Shown here piece by piece: positions 40,030 through 54,100 of a DNA stretch of 64,000 nt (position 1 is the first letter of the stretch; each line of letters begins with the position of its first letter). The notes under the pieces are model-generated. The model searched no databases and was not told where the DNA came from. It worked only from the letters and a program-made list of their open reading frames with translations. The stretch lies in the NCBI GenBank assembly GCA_000934665.2, contig KZ538135.1, positions 1 through 64,000 of the forward strand. Direction: 5' to 3'. Position numbers and translations under genes: made by a program. The DNA is from Catajapyx aquilonaris. Its lineage: Eukaryota.

Positions 40030-41300
40030 GTTTTGCGCGGAATTTCAACGCGCGTGATTGTCGTCATAAAATTTCGTTTCTTCCTAAAATAACATATAAA
40101 CCTACTTCATAAGGAATATCTTCAATAATTAATGTACTATTTTCGCCTGAAAATTTTACGCGCGACTTTTACGCACGCAAATAATTATTTTCAGCGTGTC
40201 ATTTTTTCACAAAACTTAGGTGAAAAGTACCGGTAGTCGAAAATTTACCAAATACTAGGCATATTCGTAGTGTCGCCTCAACAATTTTACGCGCATGTTT
40301 TTACGCGCGTAAAATATAATTACGCCGCGCAAAAACGCTCATCTCGCAAAGTCTACTATCTGCCATAATGTCGCAGTAATGTAATAGCACAAACTATTTA
40401 CGACCAACAAATTTGCGCGCGTAAAATAAAAATTACGCCGCGTAAAAACGCATTCCCTGTGCCAAATGATCATAATGTTGCCAATCTATCATATATCACA
40501 GTAATATCATATCACAATCTAGCATGAAATATTTGCGCGCGTGTGAGTATACTTGCGTCGCGTAAAATAAAATTACGACGCGTAAAAACGCTTTCATTCT
40601 GTCAAATGATGAGAATAAAGTATCACAGTAATAAAAAAATGATGAGAATAAAAATGATGAGAATAAAAATGATGAGAATAAAAATGAATAAAATGAATAA
40701 ATAAAAAAAAAATAATAATAAATAAATAAATAAAATAAAATAAAAATAATAAAATAAAAATAAAAAAATAAAAAATAAAATAATAAATGAATAAAATGAT
40801 GAGAATAAAAATGATGAGAATAAAGTATCACAGTAATGTCATCACAGATTTTGTCTAAAAAATTACGCTCGAAAATTTTACACGCGTGTAAGTATACTTG
40901 CGTCGCGTAAAATATATTTGCGTCGCGCAAAAACGCTCATATCACAAATTAATATGCCATACTATCGCAGTACTGTCATAAACTTCGTGCAAAAAAAATT
41001 TTACGCGCATATTTTTACTCGCGTAAAATGTATGTGTAGCGTAAAACAGTTTTTCTCTGAAATGATTCTCTCTCATACATACATATCACAGTAATGTCAT
41101 ATCACGACAAATATTTCGCCTGAAAATTTCACTCGCGTAAAATATATTTGCGTCGCGTAAAATCGCTTCTGGCTGAAATGGTGAGTACAGATTCGTCTAT
41201 TTGTCACATATCATCACATCATAGCACAACTTCTCCAGAAAATTTTTGCGAGCGATTTTTTTTTTTTACGCTAGTTCTTTTTTCACGTTTTCGCGTTTTT
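40030..41300. repeat. Degenerate ACGCGCGTAAAA-rich repeat with A-rich insertion
   Basis: Direct inspection. Confidence 0.72.
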
Positions 41301-42669
41301 TCCTCTCGCTCGAAGCGTGAGAATAAAGCAGGTGAAAACAAGCGAGGAAAAAAAAAAAGAAAATTTCCGACAGCGTGGAGGGAGAGGTCTGGTCTGCAAA
41401 AAGTCTTTCTTTCCCCTGAGGGGGTTGAACAATGCGGCCTGTGAATGGAGCACTCAACTTCCCCCGCCTCTCCCCATGTCTCCCCCTCCTTCCCCACCCA
41501 CCCAAATCCCCTCTCAAAATCTTCCCAAAAATTCACTTGCTTGCCAAAAAAAAGAGGGTGTGAAAGAATCGATGCGACACAGGCGACACGATGTGGCGAC
41601 TATAGGAAATTGACATCATTGTCACATCAAATTGTGAAAAAAATGTGTGCAAAATATTTAAAAAATATGCAAAATATGTAGTGAGGTCACCACAATTTGA
41701 ACTTAATATAGCCTAACACTAGTTGGCTGTCCGGACTGAGTCGAGTTGATGACTCACTCCGGACAAACAGTTTTGCCAAATTTTGTTTCACTAGTGAGAA
41801 CAGAATTAAGTACCTAATGTGTCATGTACTAATTACAATGTATGTGTATACTTACCAGCAACTGATGTGATGAAAATCTGCAAGTCTTAATAGATGGCGC
41901 CATTTTGTGATTCTCCAGGGTGCATTCGGTCAGCTGTCCTTTAAACCGACTGAAACGAAGCTGGCAAAAACCTTTGGTTGGTGGGGTCAACAATTCCATA
42001 AGCACAACCAGACGACGCCATTTTGGGACCATAGAAGGTGCATTTGATCCTATGTCATGAAATTAAACTTGCAAAAAACTGTCCCATTATAAAACCGGTT
42101 GGTGGGATCAAAAACTCCATAAGTACAAGCATATGACGCCATTTTGAATTGTCCATGGTACATTCGGTTCGCTGTCCAAACAAAACCTGAAATTAAACCT
42201 ACAAAAAAAATTAACATCTTCATAATAATACTGTATATCGTCTACAGGGTGTGCCAAAAATTCCCTCTTCCAACTTTTTGAACCTCAGCCCGCATTTGAT
42301 CCCTCCCCAAGCTTCGCCCCATTTGAAAGCCCGGTACGACCCGACACCGTACGTGAGGCCAGCACCACCGCATTTGTGTGCTCTTCAATTAGCAGCAGTG
42401 AACCTCGCAGCTTTGATTATGCTCGTGTGATGTGACTAACGCTTATTAAAACATGATGAAGCGAAACCGACGGGACAAACGGCTTACGCATGTCATTAGT
42501 CCCTCTGTCGATATCTGCTCGTCAGGCTCTGGTATATATAGGGGAGAGTGAGGTCCGGCCTGCCATTAAATCGATTGCATCACCAGGGGGTGTGGAACGA
42601 GCTAATTGTTCACAAACCACAACCTATACTAAGCCCAGCACAAAATTTTGGCTTAAAAACGACAAATTC

Positions 42670-43735
42670 TGGGCGAGCTCCAAGATGGCAGCGACCAGTA
42701 GGACGTCAATCCGCCATCTTGGAGCTCTAGTGCACAGACGGATCTCCAATATGGCAGCTTGAGGTCCTACTGGGCACTGCCATCTTGGAGCTCTGCACGG
42801 ATAATCGGTAGTACAGTGTACATATTTTTTTTTTTTTTTAATTACACCCTTGAAGCCTTCTGGCTCATGTAGGGGGGAGGTCTTTTCTACCATTTTCTAA
42901 CTCTCCGGTGCTGGAATGGAGGGGGGGACAGTGGTGCAAGTGCAATGTCTCATGGCGGAGGCCGTGTGCAGTCCCCCAGAGGGCTAGGTTGAAAGACGAC
43001 CCTCTAGGTGCGGGTAAGAGGCCTCCCACAAACGCCGCACCTCCTCCAGTACGGGGCAGGGATAGGGAAGGCAGGAAGCGGCTGTGGCCTACGATTAGGA
43101 AACAACTCCGGTATTCACCTGGGGGTGACCGTGGGAAACCACAGAAAACCACGGTCAGAGTTGCCGGCCTGGGGATTTGATCCCTGGACCTCCCGATTTG
43201 CAGCCGGATACCAAATCCCCTCAGCTACTGCTGCTTCGGTACAGTGTACATAATTATATGCACATATGTACAAACAAGCCAAAATAGGGCGGGTAACAGC
43301 GCCTCTAGCCTCCACTAACGATCTCCAAGATGGCAGCGCCCAAGAGGACCTCAATCTGCCATCTTGGAGCTCTAACTGCCACTAACGAGTTCCAAGATGG
43401 TTGAATGAAGTCCTACTGGGCGTCGCAATCTTTGAGCTATATCGCCCAGTAGGAGTTCCAAGATGGCAGATTGAGGTCCTACCGAGCGCTGCCATCTTGG
43501 AGCTCGTTAGTAGCCGCTAGAGGCGCTTTTACCCACCCCATGTCCTACACCTCAATCTGCCATCTTGGAGCTCTAACGGCCACTAACGAGCTCCAAGATG
43601 GCTGATTGAAGTGCTACTGGACGCCGCCATCTTGCAGCTCTATTGCCCAGTAGGAGTTCCAAAATGGCAGATTGAGGTCCTACTGAGCGCTGCCATCTTG
43701 GAGCTCGTTAGTAGCCGCTAGACGCGCTTTTACCT
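42670..43735. repeat. Palindromic CCAAGATGGC/GCCATCTTGG repeat element interrupted by a SINE
   Basis: Hairpin unit 43287-43539, partly duplicated at 43549-43733; related sequence at 42670-42800. Confidence 0.7.
42825..43240 (-). mobile_element. tRNA-derived SINE, same head/core as 9525-9810, different 3' part, poly(A) tail
   Basis: Same 5' end ACCGAAGCAG and same core; T-run 42825-42839; TSD ACAGTGTACATA at 42813-42824 and 43241-43252. Confidence 0.88.
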
Positions 43736-44409
43736 TTACCTACCCCATTGCTTGTTTGTACATATGTACACATTCACATGTCCTACACCCTCCGAAAAAA
43801 CCTCCGCTGTGACCATTAGGCCTGGCGGGCCTATGATCACGTTCCCGCTAATAAAATTTTATACCATTTTAATCTCGCAGCTTTCTAACGGGGGGTGCAT
43901 TAGCGAAATTAAAGTGGCGGGGGCCTCGGCGCCACGCCATACCCCCACCCACCCACCCACCAAACCCCCCAAACCCCTACCCTCGCCTCTGAAACACACA
44001 CACACACACGACACACATTTGCATACAACCAGTACTGTAAACAAGTCAGTAAAATATATTAAATAATTTAAAAAACTTAGACACACCCCGATAGTATTTA
44101 TAAAAATTTAATCAGAGTGATGGATCAGCTGATTTGGATCGAAACAAGGAAGTTTTAGAACCGGCTCTTTTTGTAGACTTGGGTTTTAATCCTTTAATTC
44201 GGTCATTCAAAAACAAAAAGCTCTTAGTCCTAGGTGACTGTAGAAAATGAAAAGAGGATTAAGTTTGGGCTGATGTTAGGCACAGATTAAGATGGAGGAA
44301 GGGTTGAACAACCAATAATTGGAACCGGTTTCACCAACTGAAGGTTAGAGCAAACTGCAGTTAATTTTCGAAAATATGTTTTCTTCGTATGAACAAAAGA
44401 TAATAATAA

Positions 44410-44586
44410 ATGCTTTTTTTTACGAGCGCAACTGAGTGCGCACCCACACTCACGCAGCTCCAGTATTCTGAAAGCATTGCCAGAATTACTCCACAGGGTG
44501 CCAAATAACCCACACCCGAGGTTCGTTCGAGCCTCGGTAACGTCGAAAACATGGTGCGCACCCAGTTGCGCTAGTAAAAAAATCAT
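44410..44586. mobile_element. Small MITE-like inverted-repeat element downstream of SCAPER
   Basis: TTTTTACGAGCGCAACTGAGTGCGCACC ... GGTGCGCACCCAGTTGCGCTAGTAAAAA; internal hairpin CCGAGGTTCG-TT-CGAGCCTCGG. Confidence 0.55.
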
Positions 44587-45085
44587 CTTTAATAATATAA
44601 CAATTGAACAAGTGTCCTATATACAGGACTCTAGGCATATCGAGGTTAAAATAAACAGCTGGTTACCATTCGGGAATTAAAATGGCTCTTAACAGTCAGT
44701 TAAACCGACAGTTAAACGGTAAATGACACAATAAAAAAACCAGTTACGTGGCACATATCTTTACTCCTCCATAACTTAATTCCCTAACACTAATATACAC
44801 AAAAAGTGGAATACATTGCTGTGGAAATATTGCAACATCGCTCCTCCATACACTGTTGCCACATTTTTATCAGTCATTGCCAAACTTAGCAACAATCGCT
44901 AAGCCACAGTGGTTAGATAATAACAAAAAAAAAACAGGGGGAGGGGGGGGGCGACTAGTTTTAAATAAATGTCGTTGTGTACGAAAAATACAAATTAATT
45001 AATACCTCGATTTTTAAGTAGAAATTGTCTTTGTGAAGGTAGTAGGGGTAAGGCATAGTTTTATTATTACTTATGATTATGATTA

Positions 45086-45175
45086 TTATTTTGGAATTAT
45101 TTCTTCGGGTTGAGACAGGAGCTGAACTATGAAGCAGCTTTTCCCGTCTTCTGATTGGATGAAGTCATCCAGCAG
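45086..45175 (-). CDS. SCAPER: SCAPER terminal coding exon: [29 protein letters not shown]
   Basis: Acceptor gatttcag; LLDDFIQ matches SCAPER LLATFIQ; TAA at 45086-45088; AATAAA on the minus strand at ~45060-45065. Confidence 0.82.
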   Translation of the reverse strand: MLDDFIQSEDGKSCFIVQLLSQPEEIIPK

Positions 45176-48100
45176 CTGAAATCACACACACAAAAAAGAT
45201 GCTATAAAAATTACCCAATTTTTTGAGAGAATAAATTAAATTTTGACTACATAAAAAATGACTACCAAAAATGCACATGTACTATACCCATCAAAAAAGA
45301 TTGAGCCACAGTGTCCAGCTGGTTCCGGCACGTGCCTCCAGAAGTCAAAACCCACTCTCCCAACCCCCTAAAAACCAGACGTAAAACTCACTGCCATTTT
45401 GACATCCTCACATTTCAACGAAAACCAAAACCTCAGCTATTTTTTTCCTTTTCAGTTGTATCCAAAAACATATATCCTCTTGCACCTAACCCATTTCCAT
45501 ATACCCTCACACACACACAAAAAAAAAACTGTTCCCATTAGGAACTGGTTGTAAATCATGTTGGCTGGTGGCACACACATATAACCGCTGTTTACATCTG
45601 CACCCGAAGAAAAAAAACTACCCCAGCTTGATGCATCGCCATTGGACCAGAGAGGCGCTGACTTACGCTCCAAAAACTTCGAAAATGTATCGAAGTGACA
45701 GCACTTACTAAAAGGACCGGTTGCACAGTAAATCTGTCAAAACACCTATACTTAGAACCCGGTTGTACGAACGCAAATCGGAGATTTTTTCCCCCATATA
45801 ATTTGCTTTTGTACAATGTATCTTATAATAGCATTTCCATGGACTGACCTCGAAGCTTAGGTCCTGCTCCAGGATGACCCTGTTCTCGTCATTGTCGTGG
45901 CAACAGGCCAGCAGAGTGGGCAACAATAACCTCTTCAGATCAGACTTGCTGAAGTACTCGAAGGGCAAAGTGCACAATTGGTACAGCACCGTCGGCATAT
46001 GTCCCGCCTGCACCATCATCTGAAATAATACAGAATTGGCTTGTGGCCTCTGTCCGGCGTCATGTACAGTGATGGACATAAATGATGTCGGTGCTGTCAT
46101 CTGTATGGTCTTTTGGGCGACCGCACCAGTACTTCCGGCCCTGCCAGGCCCGGTATATCCTCCTGAGACCCGATGTCCAATATATTGGACATCAGCAAAA
46201 ATAAAAAGGTGTCAACTGTAATTGACGCCATTTTTTTTTCTGATGTCCAATATATTGGACATCAGGTCTCAGGAGGATACAGTGCTGGACATGTACTGGT
46301 GGTGCCATGAGCCGATGGCGGCAAAAGAGCGAGTAGAAGTGATGCATTAGTCGTCATCGGCTCGTCACCGGAGCCACCAGCACGACGCCATTCATGTCCA
46401 TCACAGTATAAATTTTCGAGTGTTTTTCTACTGGACTTGAGTTTCCTCCACCCGTTTTGAGTGAAAAGCACTATCACTTGAGTGATTTACACCCATTGAA
46501 ATAGCCTTCCACTCTTTTTAATTCTTCTTTCGAGCGACTCTTCACTCGATATGAGTTAAAATCTTCGCGGAGTGAAATTCACTCATAAAGAGCATTTTGC
46601 GCAATTGCTCCTCTCTTGAGTGAAAATGTAACATCGAACTTCTTTAAGAGTATACCGTGCCTGACAGGGCCGAAAGTTCGGTCTCCCTATAAAGCCATGA
46701 CAACAGTACAGTACAGACGTTGATGGGCCATGGCAAAACCATGGGTCAAAGGTCATCCCAATTCTCATGTCATCGTCACTTGAACCATGCCGAAAGGAGC
46801 CGATGACAGGCGCCATTTGCTTCTGGAATTGCCCGCAGCCATTTCTTCCCTCCCCGAATGTTTACGACCCGCTGCTAGACATTCGCCATGTATACGAGAG
46901 AAGGCGGGGGCCACCCAAAAAGTTATGGACCCTCCATTTTTTTTTTACTCTCTCCCTACTGTCATTAGCCGGACGCCCAATGTCTGAAACCATCCCCACG
47001 TTGTCTCCAAAAGCTTCTTTTTTTCCCCCTTCAAAAACTTCTTCTACAACCACCCCCCCGGTGTAAATGACCCGGATGGCCGGTCGGCCACGCCAAGGTC
47101 TGGCCATGGCGCCAGGGGGCGACAGGAAGCCCGCCGCTTGCTCCTTCTCTTTATCTTAATGGCCTTATGTCGCACCGAGGCGGCCATTTTGGCTCCACCT
47201 TTTTACCCCCCCCCCCCCCCCCCNCCCCCCCCCCTCACGTGGATTAAATATTCAGTGGGTGGCCCATCTCCCCTTTTTTCTCTCGGATAAAAAAGAAAAG
47301 GCCGCCAGGGAAGGGGGGCCGCCCCTGAGTATGATCCGATTGTTGGCCCCCGGGAAATGCAAAAGCTGCAGACACTGGTCGTGACCCCTGAGGCCCTGTG
47401 GCCATAACCCCTTCCTTTATCATCTCGGATGGATTTTTACGACAGGCTTCTCCTAATGGAAGAGATTCCCTGAGCCCCTTGTACGACAGTCATTTACCTG
47501 CGTTATGCACAGTGAAATAACTATTATTCCTTTATATAACTATTACTCATTTAAAACTGTTATTTCTTTATATATAGCATACATTATATAAGGTGAAATA
47601 ACTTATTCATTTATGTAACTATTATTCATGTATATAACTTATTTACATAACTATTCATGCACATGACTACTATTCTATTATTATACAGGGTGTCTCAACT
47701 TTTTTGTCTGAACAGTTATTATCGGAAAAGCCTATGTATCTTCTAGCTATGTAGCCAGAATATGCCCCAACATTCCCCACATCCCTCAACTGATAAAGCC
47801 AGGGAAGCATCACTGCGTTGGAAGTCCCTGCTAAAAAAAATAAGCAGCTTAGTGCAATATTTCCGATAATTGTTCTGGCAAAAAAGTTGACACACCCTGT
47901 TAGTACATTATGTATATGGTACAGTAAAAATAACTTATTCATTTATATAAATTTTTAACGATTATTTCATTATATATTGTGCAAGGTAAAATAACTTATT
48001 ATTCATTTATATAACGTATTTAATATATCATCTATTAGTTTTTTAAAGGTACTAATGTTGAACCATTATTTACCTGGTTGTCGTGATTCCTCACGGTGAA

Positions 48101-51100
48101 GTACCCGACACTGGTGATGACCTCATGGAGAAGCTGCTGGGGCGCACTCTCCTGCAGGTGGTGCGTACAGTACCAGATCAGGTAGCTTGCGATGTGCCTG
48201 AACTGCAGGCTGATGCCCTCAGCACCCACCACGCTCTGCAACAATATAAGTCCCGCAATGCGCAACAAAGGGCACCAACCTCATCAAATCTCTTCCATGT
48301 CCACAAGCAAACCAAACAAGAGGAAAAGGGCTAATAAAATACCATCCCAACTTCCAGCCCGTTCTCATAAGAACCTAGGGACTCTCTCTTCTCCGGCTTG
48401 TTACTTGCCCTTCCAACTAATATTTGCTCTGGCTTAATTGAATCATTTTCCAATCAGAATTAGCTTTGGAGAGAACGAATGGAAACCCCCCCTCCCCCCC
48501 CCTCTCTTGTAATTAAACCACCGCACGCCTTCTCCCAAGGCGCCTCTTCACTTTCTCTCTTCTCTCAGGCCTGGGGGGGGGGGGGGGGGGGGGTGNGGGG
48601 GGGGGGGGGCTTTTCCATGGCCACACAAAAGGACTGGTTATAATGACCTCAAACGTGGACCACAATGTGGCAGTGCAAATGGTCACACAGTGGGAGCCAT
48701 CATCTTCCTTGCAGCATCAAAGTGTGCTTCATGGACAGCCATTTTGTATCCCAAACTACAGCAATTTAGTCAAATGGCTTTCACAAGGTATTGAAGGGTT
48801 TGATTGGCTACAAAATGGCGGTGCCATGTTGACAGTTTTACCAGGTGCAACACAATGCGGTTAATGGCCATGAAGAGTTGACCAGTCCAGACCATACCTG
48901 GAACATGTTCAGGTCCAGACGAGCTGTCTTCCCAAGCATCCTCATGGTTGCCAGAGCAATTGAAATGGCTGCAGAGGGAAGACAAGGTGGAGGTGTTTCC
49001 GACCTGGCTGGAGCACCCTGGTGTAGCAGAAGACCATACAGCATAGAGACTGCCCCTGCCAGCTCGGTCACCTTCAGGGTCGCCACCAGTTGTGTCGGGT
49101 CATCCGTTGATGACAAGTTATTCATGCGGGAATCACCAGGCTTGGAACTGAACACAAGTTAATTTTAAAGGATGTCAGAAACATTAGTGCCACAAACTTA
49201 CCCATCGATCAGCGTGTCAGCTAGTGAGGTCAGCAGATACAAGCAGTTCAGAAGGAAACTGGACACCTGAGGCTCGTCGTCCACCGGTCCTCTAACAGCA
49301 CTGAGGTACACCGCCAGCTTGTCCACCACCCCTATGCTGACCGTGTAGCTGTGAACACAAGGGTCTATCCATATTGGAATTTTCATCGCATGTAAACTTT
49401 CAGAATAACCAAGCGACGCTTCCCAAAGTTTGCTTCGGGAAAATTGCGTTCATTACAGAAATGGAGCCCATGTAATTCACAGCCCCTGAAAAGTACATAC
49501 TTTCATTCCGCTTTTTGGTCAAATATGAAGTGCACGATGGGATTTTGTGTGAAGACTCTTCCAGCCATTAGTACGATGAATTGTTCCCATCCTGCTGCTG
49601 CCACTACTGCAACCCCTCTAGCTATGCACTTGGGTTATTTACCTTCTATGGTTCAAAATGTGCTGCTTTACCTTTTATAGATGGTGAAGGTGATAATTAT
49701 GCTGAAGAAGATTGTGATAGTAGTGACAGTGAAGCGAATTCTGACAATGATGATGTGATGATAGCGACAGTGAAGGAAATTCTGATGGTGAAGAAGATTA
49801 TGAAGAGGATGGTGAATATGATGACGAAGATAACTGTGACAATAGTGACAGTGAAGAGACGGTGAAGAAGATTGACGACGAAAACGATTGTGAGGAGGAT
49901 ATTGACATTGTTATTGTTGCTTATTATTCGTCCCATGAACACCACCAATGCGTCATATCCCTCCAAATCCGGTGTCCTAATCATTCCCAGATGTTATGGA
50001 AGGCCCTGAATATAATTTTGGCAGGGGGGGTGGAGCAAAAGGGGGAGGAATACTAGGCCCGAAGGCAAGGGGGGGGGGGAGGTACATTAAAATTCATACG
50101 ATTCCCACATCCGCACGAAGTGCAAATTGTGGCGGCGTAAATTGCCCGGCTTAGGTTAATAACGGGAAAAGGGAGCTCCGGATTAATATTACCTCCAAGG
50201 AAGCAGTTTTGGGGAGGGAAGTGGGGGTAGAGGGGGAGGGAGAAGCAAGCCCTCCCCGGAATACGCTCCGGAGCTTTCCATGTATTGGAGGGAGGGAAAA
50301 GAAAAGGGGATCTGCATCAAATTTGAGGACAAGGGTGGGGATTTGGACACGGTACTAAGAGTGCGAAGGGGACATACATTGTTTTCCATTGATTGGTCCG
50401 GATGAAAAATTACGATTGACGTAGCACGTGCTGGTCATTGTCTCGCCAATTGGTGCATACGCCCTATAGGGTATACCCCATATCATACGCAACAAAATGG
50501 ATTTGTTACATACGTCCCATAAGTAAATGCTTGAATAAATAGTCTGTACACATGCGAACTCATGTGAGGTGGCCCATCACGCCTCGAGTGGACACATGCG
50601 TGAAAATGGTCATTGGACGTGTAAAAAAGAAAGGCTCGTATATAGTCCAAATTCGTGGGTAGTTTTTTTTTATAACTGATATCGCACGATAGTAGTTATT
50701 TTTGCAACTTGTTGTGCCCCTAACCAGGTTCCCCATTACTCCCAGGGGGTACAGTGTTGGACATTAATCGAGGCATTCGAGGCACTGGTGGCTAGCGACA
50801 TTTTCCCAAGCGGCAGAAGAAGGAATCCAAGATAAGGATACTGCAAGCCAATTCCTACGCCATACTGCAAGCGACATTTTCCGAAGCGGCAGAAGAAGGA
50901 ATTGGCTTGCAGTATCCTTATCTTGGATTCCTTCTTCTGCCGCTTCGGAAAATGTCGCTAGCAGTATGCCTCGATATATGTCCAACGCTGTACCATACAA
51001 GTATAAATGGTAAAGTTTGTACCTATGTATGTCACGGCTACCTAACCCACTTCCAGACTACTGAGAGTGCTGAAACCTGCAAATAAATAAACGGACCTGG

Positions 51101-54100
51101 GGCAAAAGCGGACCTTCACATATAGAAGGTAAATGACCAAAAGGTCCTCTGGCCTACCAATCCTAATCCGCCAACTTGGCCATTTTGCTCTACCCACTTT
51201 CACTTTCCCATCACATACTCCGGGTAAGCCCCCCTCCACATACTCCTAAAAAAAAAACGAGACAAGTCCCACTACGTTGTAAAGCTTTAAGCAGCTCCGG
51301 TAAAAATGGCCAGCCCAGAAGCTTACGATTTCACTTGTGAGTATAGCTAAGTCCATAATGCGTCCGGGATACTGAACATTTTTTGTGTGTCCCGGACAGC
51401 ACTTTCCGGTGAGTGGTCTATATGCCCAAAGTTGACGTCACCAAGATGCCATTACTTAATAACCAAACGGATAACATTTCCATAACCAAGCTGGCCACAA
51501 AGCCACGGGTCGCAACAATAGAAAAAGGGGGGGAAGATGAAGTGGCAATAAAGAAATCTAGGGGAGGGTCACTTGATTACCCCGGATCTAGATGGGGGGT
51601 TAGCATTATTATGGCAGTACCACATGTACTGTACCATACACTGAAATTTGACACCATCTTTTCTTTTTTTTGATCGATATCTCCAGGAGATACATCACCA
51701 CTTTTCTTTTTCCCTGCTCCTCTCCCCGGTCCCTCCCTGGGCTCTTCAATAATACATGGGGACTGGGCAAAGCCGCTCAGTTTTTGAAGCATTACTTGGT
51801 TGTCAGCTAACGTTTGTGCAGCGGGGGATTGTCTTTGATTCAATCATCCCCCGGTAATGGTGGCAGAGGCTCCCCTGGGGGCACACCCAACCCCTCAGTC
51901 TTTTACATTAGTCATGCAAGGGGGGGCTGCTACCAAAGGGAGATTCGCACCTTCTAACATGCACTGACCTAACATACGGTCAGGAATCATGTTACTACTC
52001 AGGAGGTATCAAATATGCAAGGAATATTTGGCACATATTCCATACAATAATAATCTGTTGTCCTGATCATGCTCACCATGGTGCTGCTCTTACTCATATG
52101 GTTCTGCTCTTACTCATATGGTTCTGCTCTTACTCATATGGTTCTGCTCTTGCTCACATGGTCCTGCTCAGGCTCACATGGTCCTGCTCAGGCTCACATG
52201 GTCCTGCTCAGGCTCACATGGTCCTGCTCAGGCTCACATAGTCCTGCTCAGGCTCACATAGTCCTGCTCAGGCTCATATGGTCCTGCTCATGCTCATGAT
52301 GATCCTGCTCTTGCTCATATGGTACTGCTCATGCTGTGCAGTAGCACAGCATGGTGCATGCTCTTCTTCTGTAGTCTTTGAAGTTCTGATATAGCCATCC
52401 TCTTCTAACCATGTCAGTATATATATAGAACACGCAGGTTGCCTACCCTTCCCAACCCACAGCCCGTAACCAATCTCCCCCCATCTGTGTTGACGGAGGG
52501 CAACCCTTCTGACCCATATGGACCATTCCTTCCGTCTGAGCAGTTGACAAACAGCGAACCTCCCCCTCTAACTAATCCTCTGTCCGATCAAATCCATCCT
52601 CTACTAATGACTGCAACTCCGCCCACTACACTTCCATCTCCCCCCTCCTTTTTCCATGGTTACAATCCTTAGGCCCCTGTCGTCTCCCCAACCCTATGTG
52701 AAATTCTAATTTCATTTCCTGGGCAATGCCCCCTCCTCGTTTGGGCCAGCCATCTGCAATTGGATTGCTTGTGCATATACAGCCAAGCTTTATGGCAACT
52801 CAGTGATTCATTTTACCGGGTGTGTCCGAAACATTTGAAGGAACAGCACCTGTATACAATGTCAGTGGTCATTGCCTCTAGAAGCATTTATTGTGACGTC
52901 ATGTTTGATTTGCACTCGCTCCTCGTATACACTTTCGCTCCCCGTGCATTTTCGCTCCCCGTGCACTCCCCACAACGTGCCAATTACCAAGGGGGGGGNN
53001 NNNNNNNNNNNNNNNNNNNNNNNNNNNNNNNNNNNNNNNNNNNNNNNNNNNNNNNNNNNNNNNNNNNNNNNNNNNNNNNNNNNNNNNNNNNNNNNNNNNN
53101 NNNNNNNNNNNNNNNNNNNNNNNNNNNNNNNNCTCCCCCCCCCCCTCCTCCCCCACCATCAGTTTGTGTACTTGGTGGGTCACCCCCCCCTCCCCACCCT
53201 CTCCACCCACAGTCCCTCTCTTCTCTTTTGGTCCTTTCCCCACGTACCGGTGAGTAAACTGTGGGAGGTCGCCTTTGTTTGGTTACCCAGCTGGGACAAA
53301 GCATCATATACATTTGAGTTTGCAGTGATAAAACGGGGCCATCCGGTCCGATCATGGCTGTAGTACCACATCCCTCACATAGATGGCGCTCCCACTCTCA
53401 GTGTCGCTGGTTTATTAGTAAGGAGCCAAAAAGAAGACACAAACCGAGAAACTGCCAGTAGACGAAGATACCACCGGCATAGCTCTGACGGTCAGGGGAG
53501 AATACTTGAAATAACAGATTCCTGTCACTCTTAGGGTCGTGCTACTTGATCCGTTTGGTTCATTAGGAAGGAGCCAAAGAAACTGTGGCTACCGCAAAGT
53601 GCCACAAAGCATTAAAAGAGCATCACCCATGGAATCTTGTGATGAGCTTTTAATGCTTTTTGTTGCTAAAGAGCATAAAAAACTTACAAGAGCATCATCA
53701 CCCATGGAAAAACAATTTTAATGCCCTTGTGATGCTATTTTAATGCTTTTTGTTGCTAAATAGCATCAATGAAAAGAGCATTATAACAGTATGAAAAATT
53801 GATATTCCACTGGAGATGCAATAGTGATGCTCTTTTAATAGACTGAGATTTACAGTGTACACTGAGCATCAATTTGTAATGCTCTTTTAATGCTTTTGTT
53901 GCCTTTTAGCAACAAAAAGCATTACTAGGGAGTCTCCCATGGAACATCAATTCTTAATGCTTTTTAATGCTCTCGAAATATTTTTTTGAAGCTTTTAGAA
54001 ACAAATGACATTAAAAGAGCATCAATGGAGCGTCATCTTCTCGTAATGCTCATTTCATGCTTTTATTGTTACTTTTTAGCACCAGAAAGCATTACAAGAG

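Noticed and set aside
49581..49984. Acidic or hydrophobic ORFs in a SCAPER intron
   Set aside because: GAT/GAA-rich low-complexity tract.
52978..53150. G/C runs at N-gaps as G-quadruplex elements (also 23583, 24967, 26762, 54592)
   Set aside because: Run lengths are unreliable where sequencing failed at homopolymers; cannot be interpreted.
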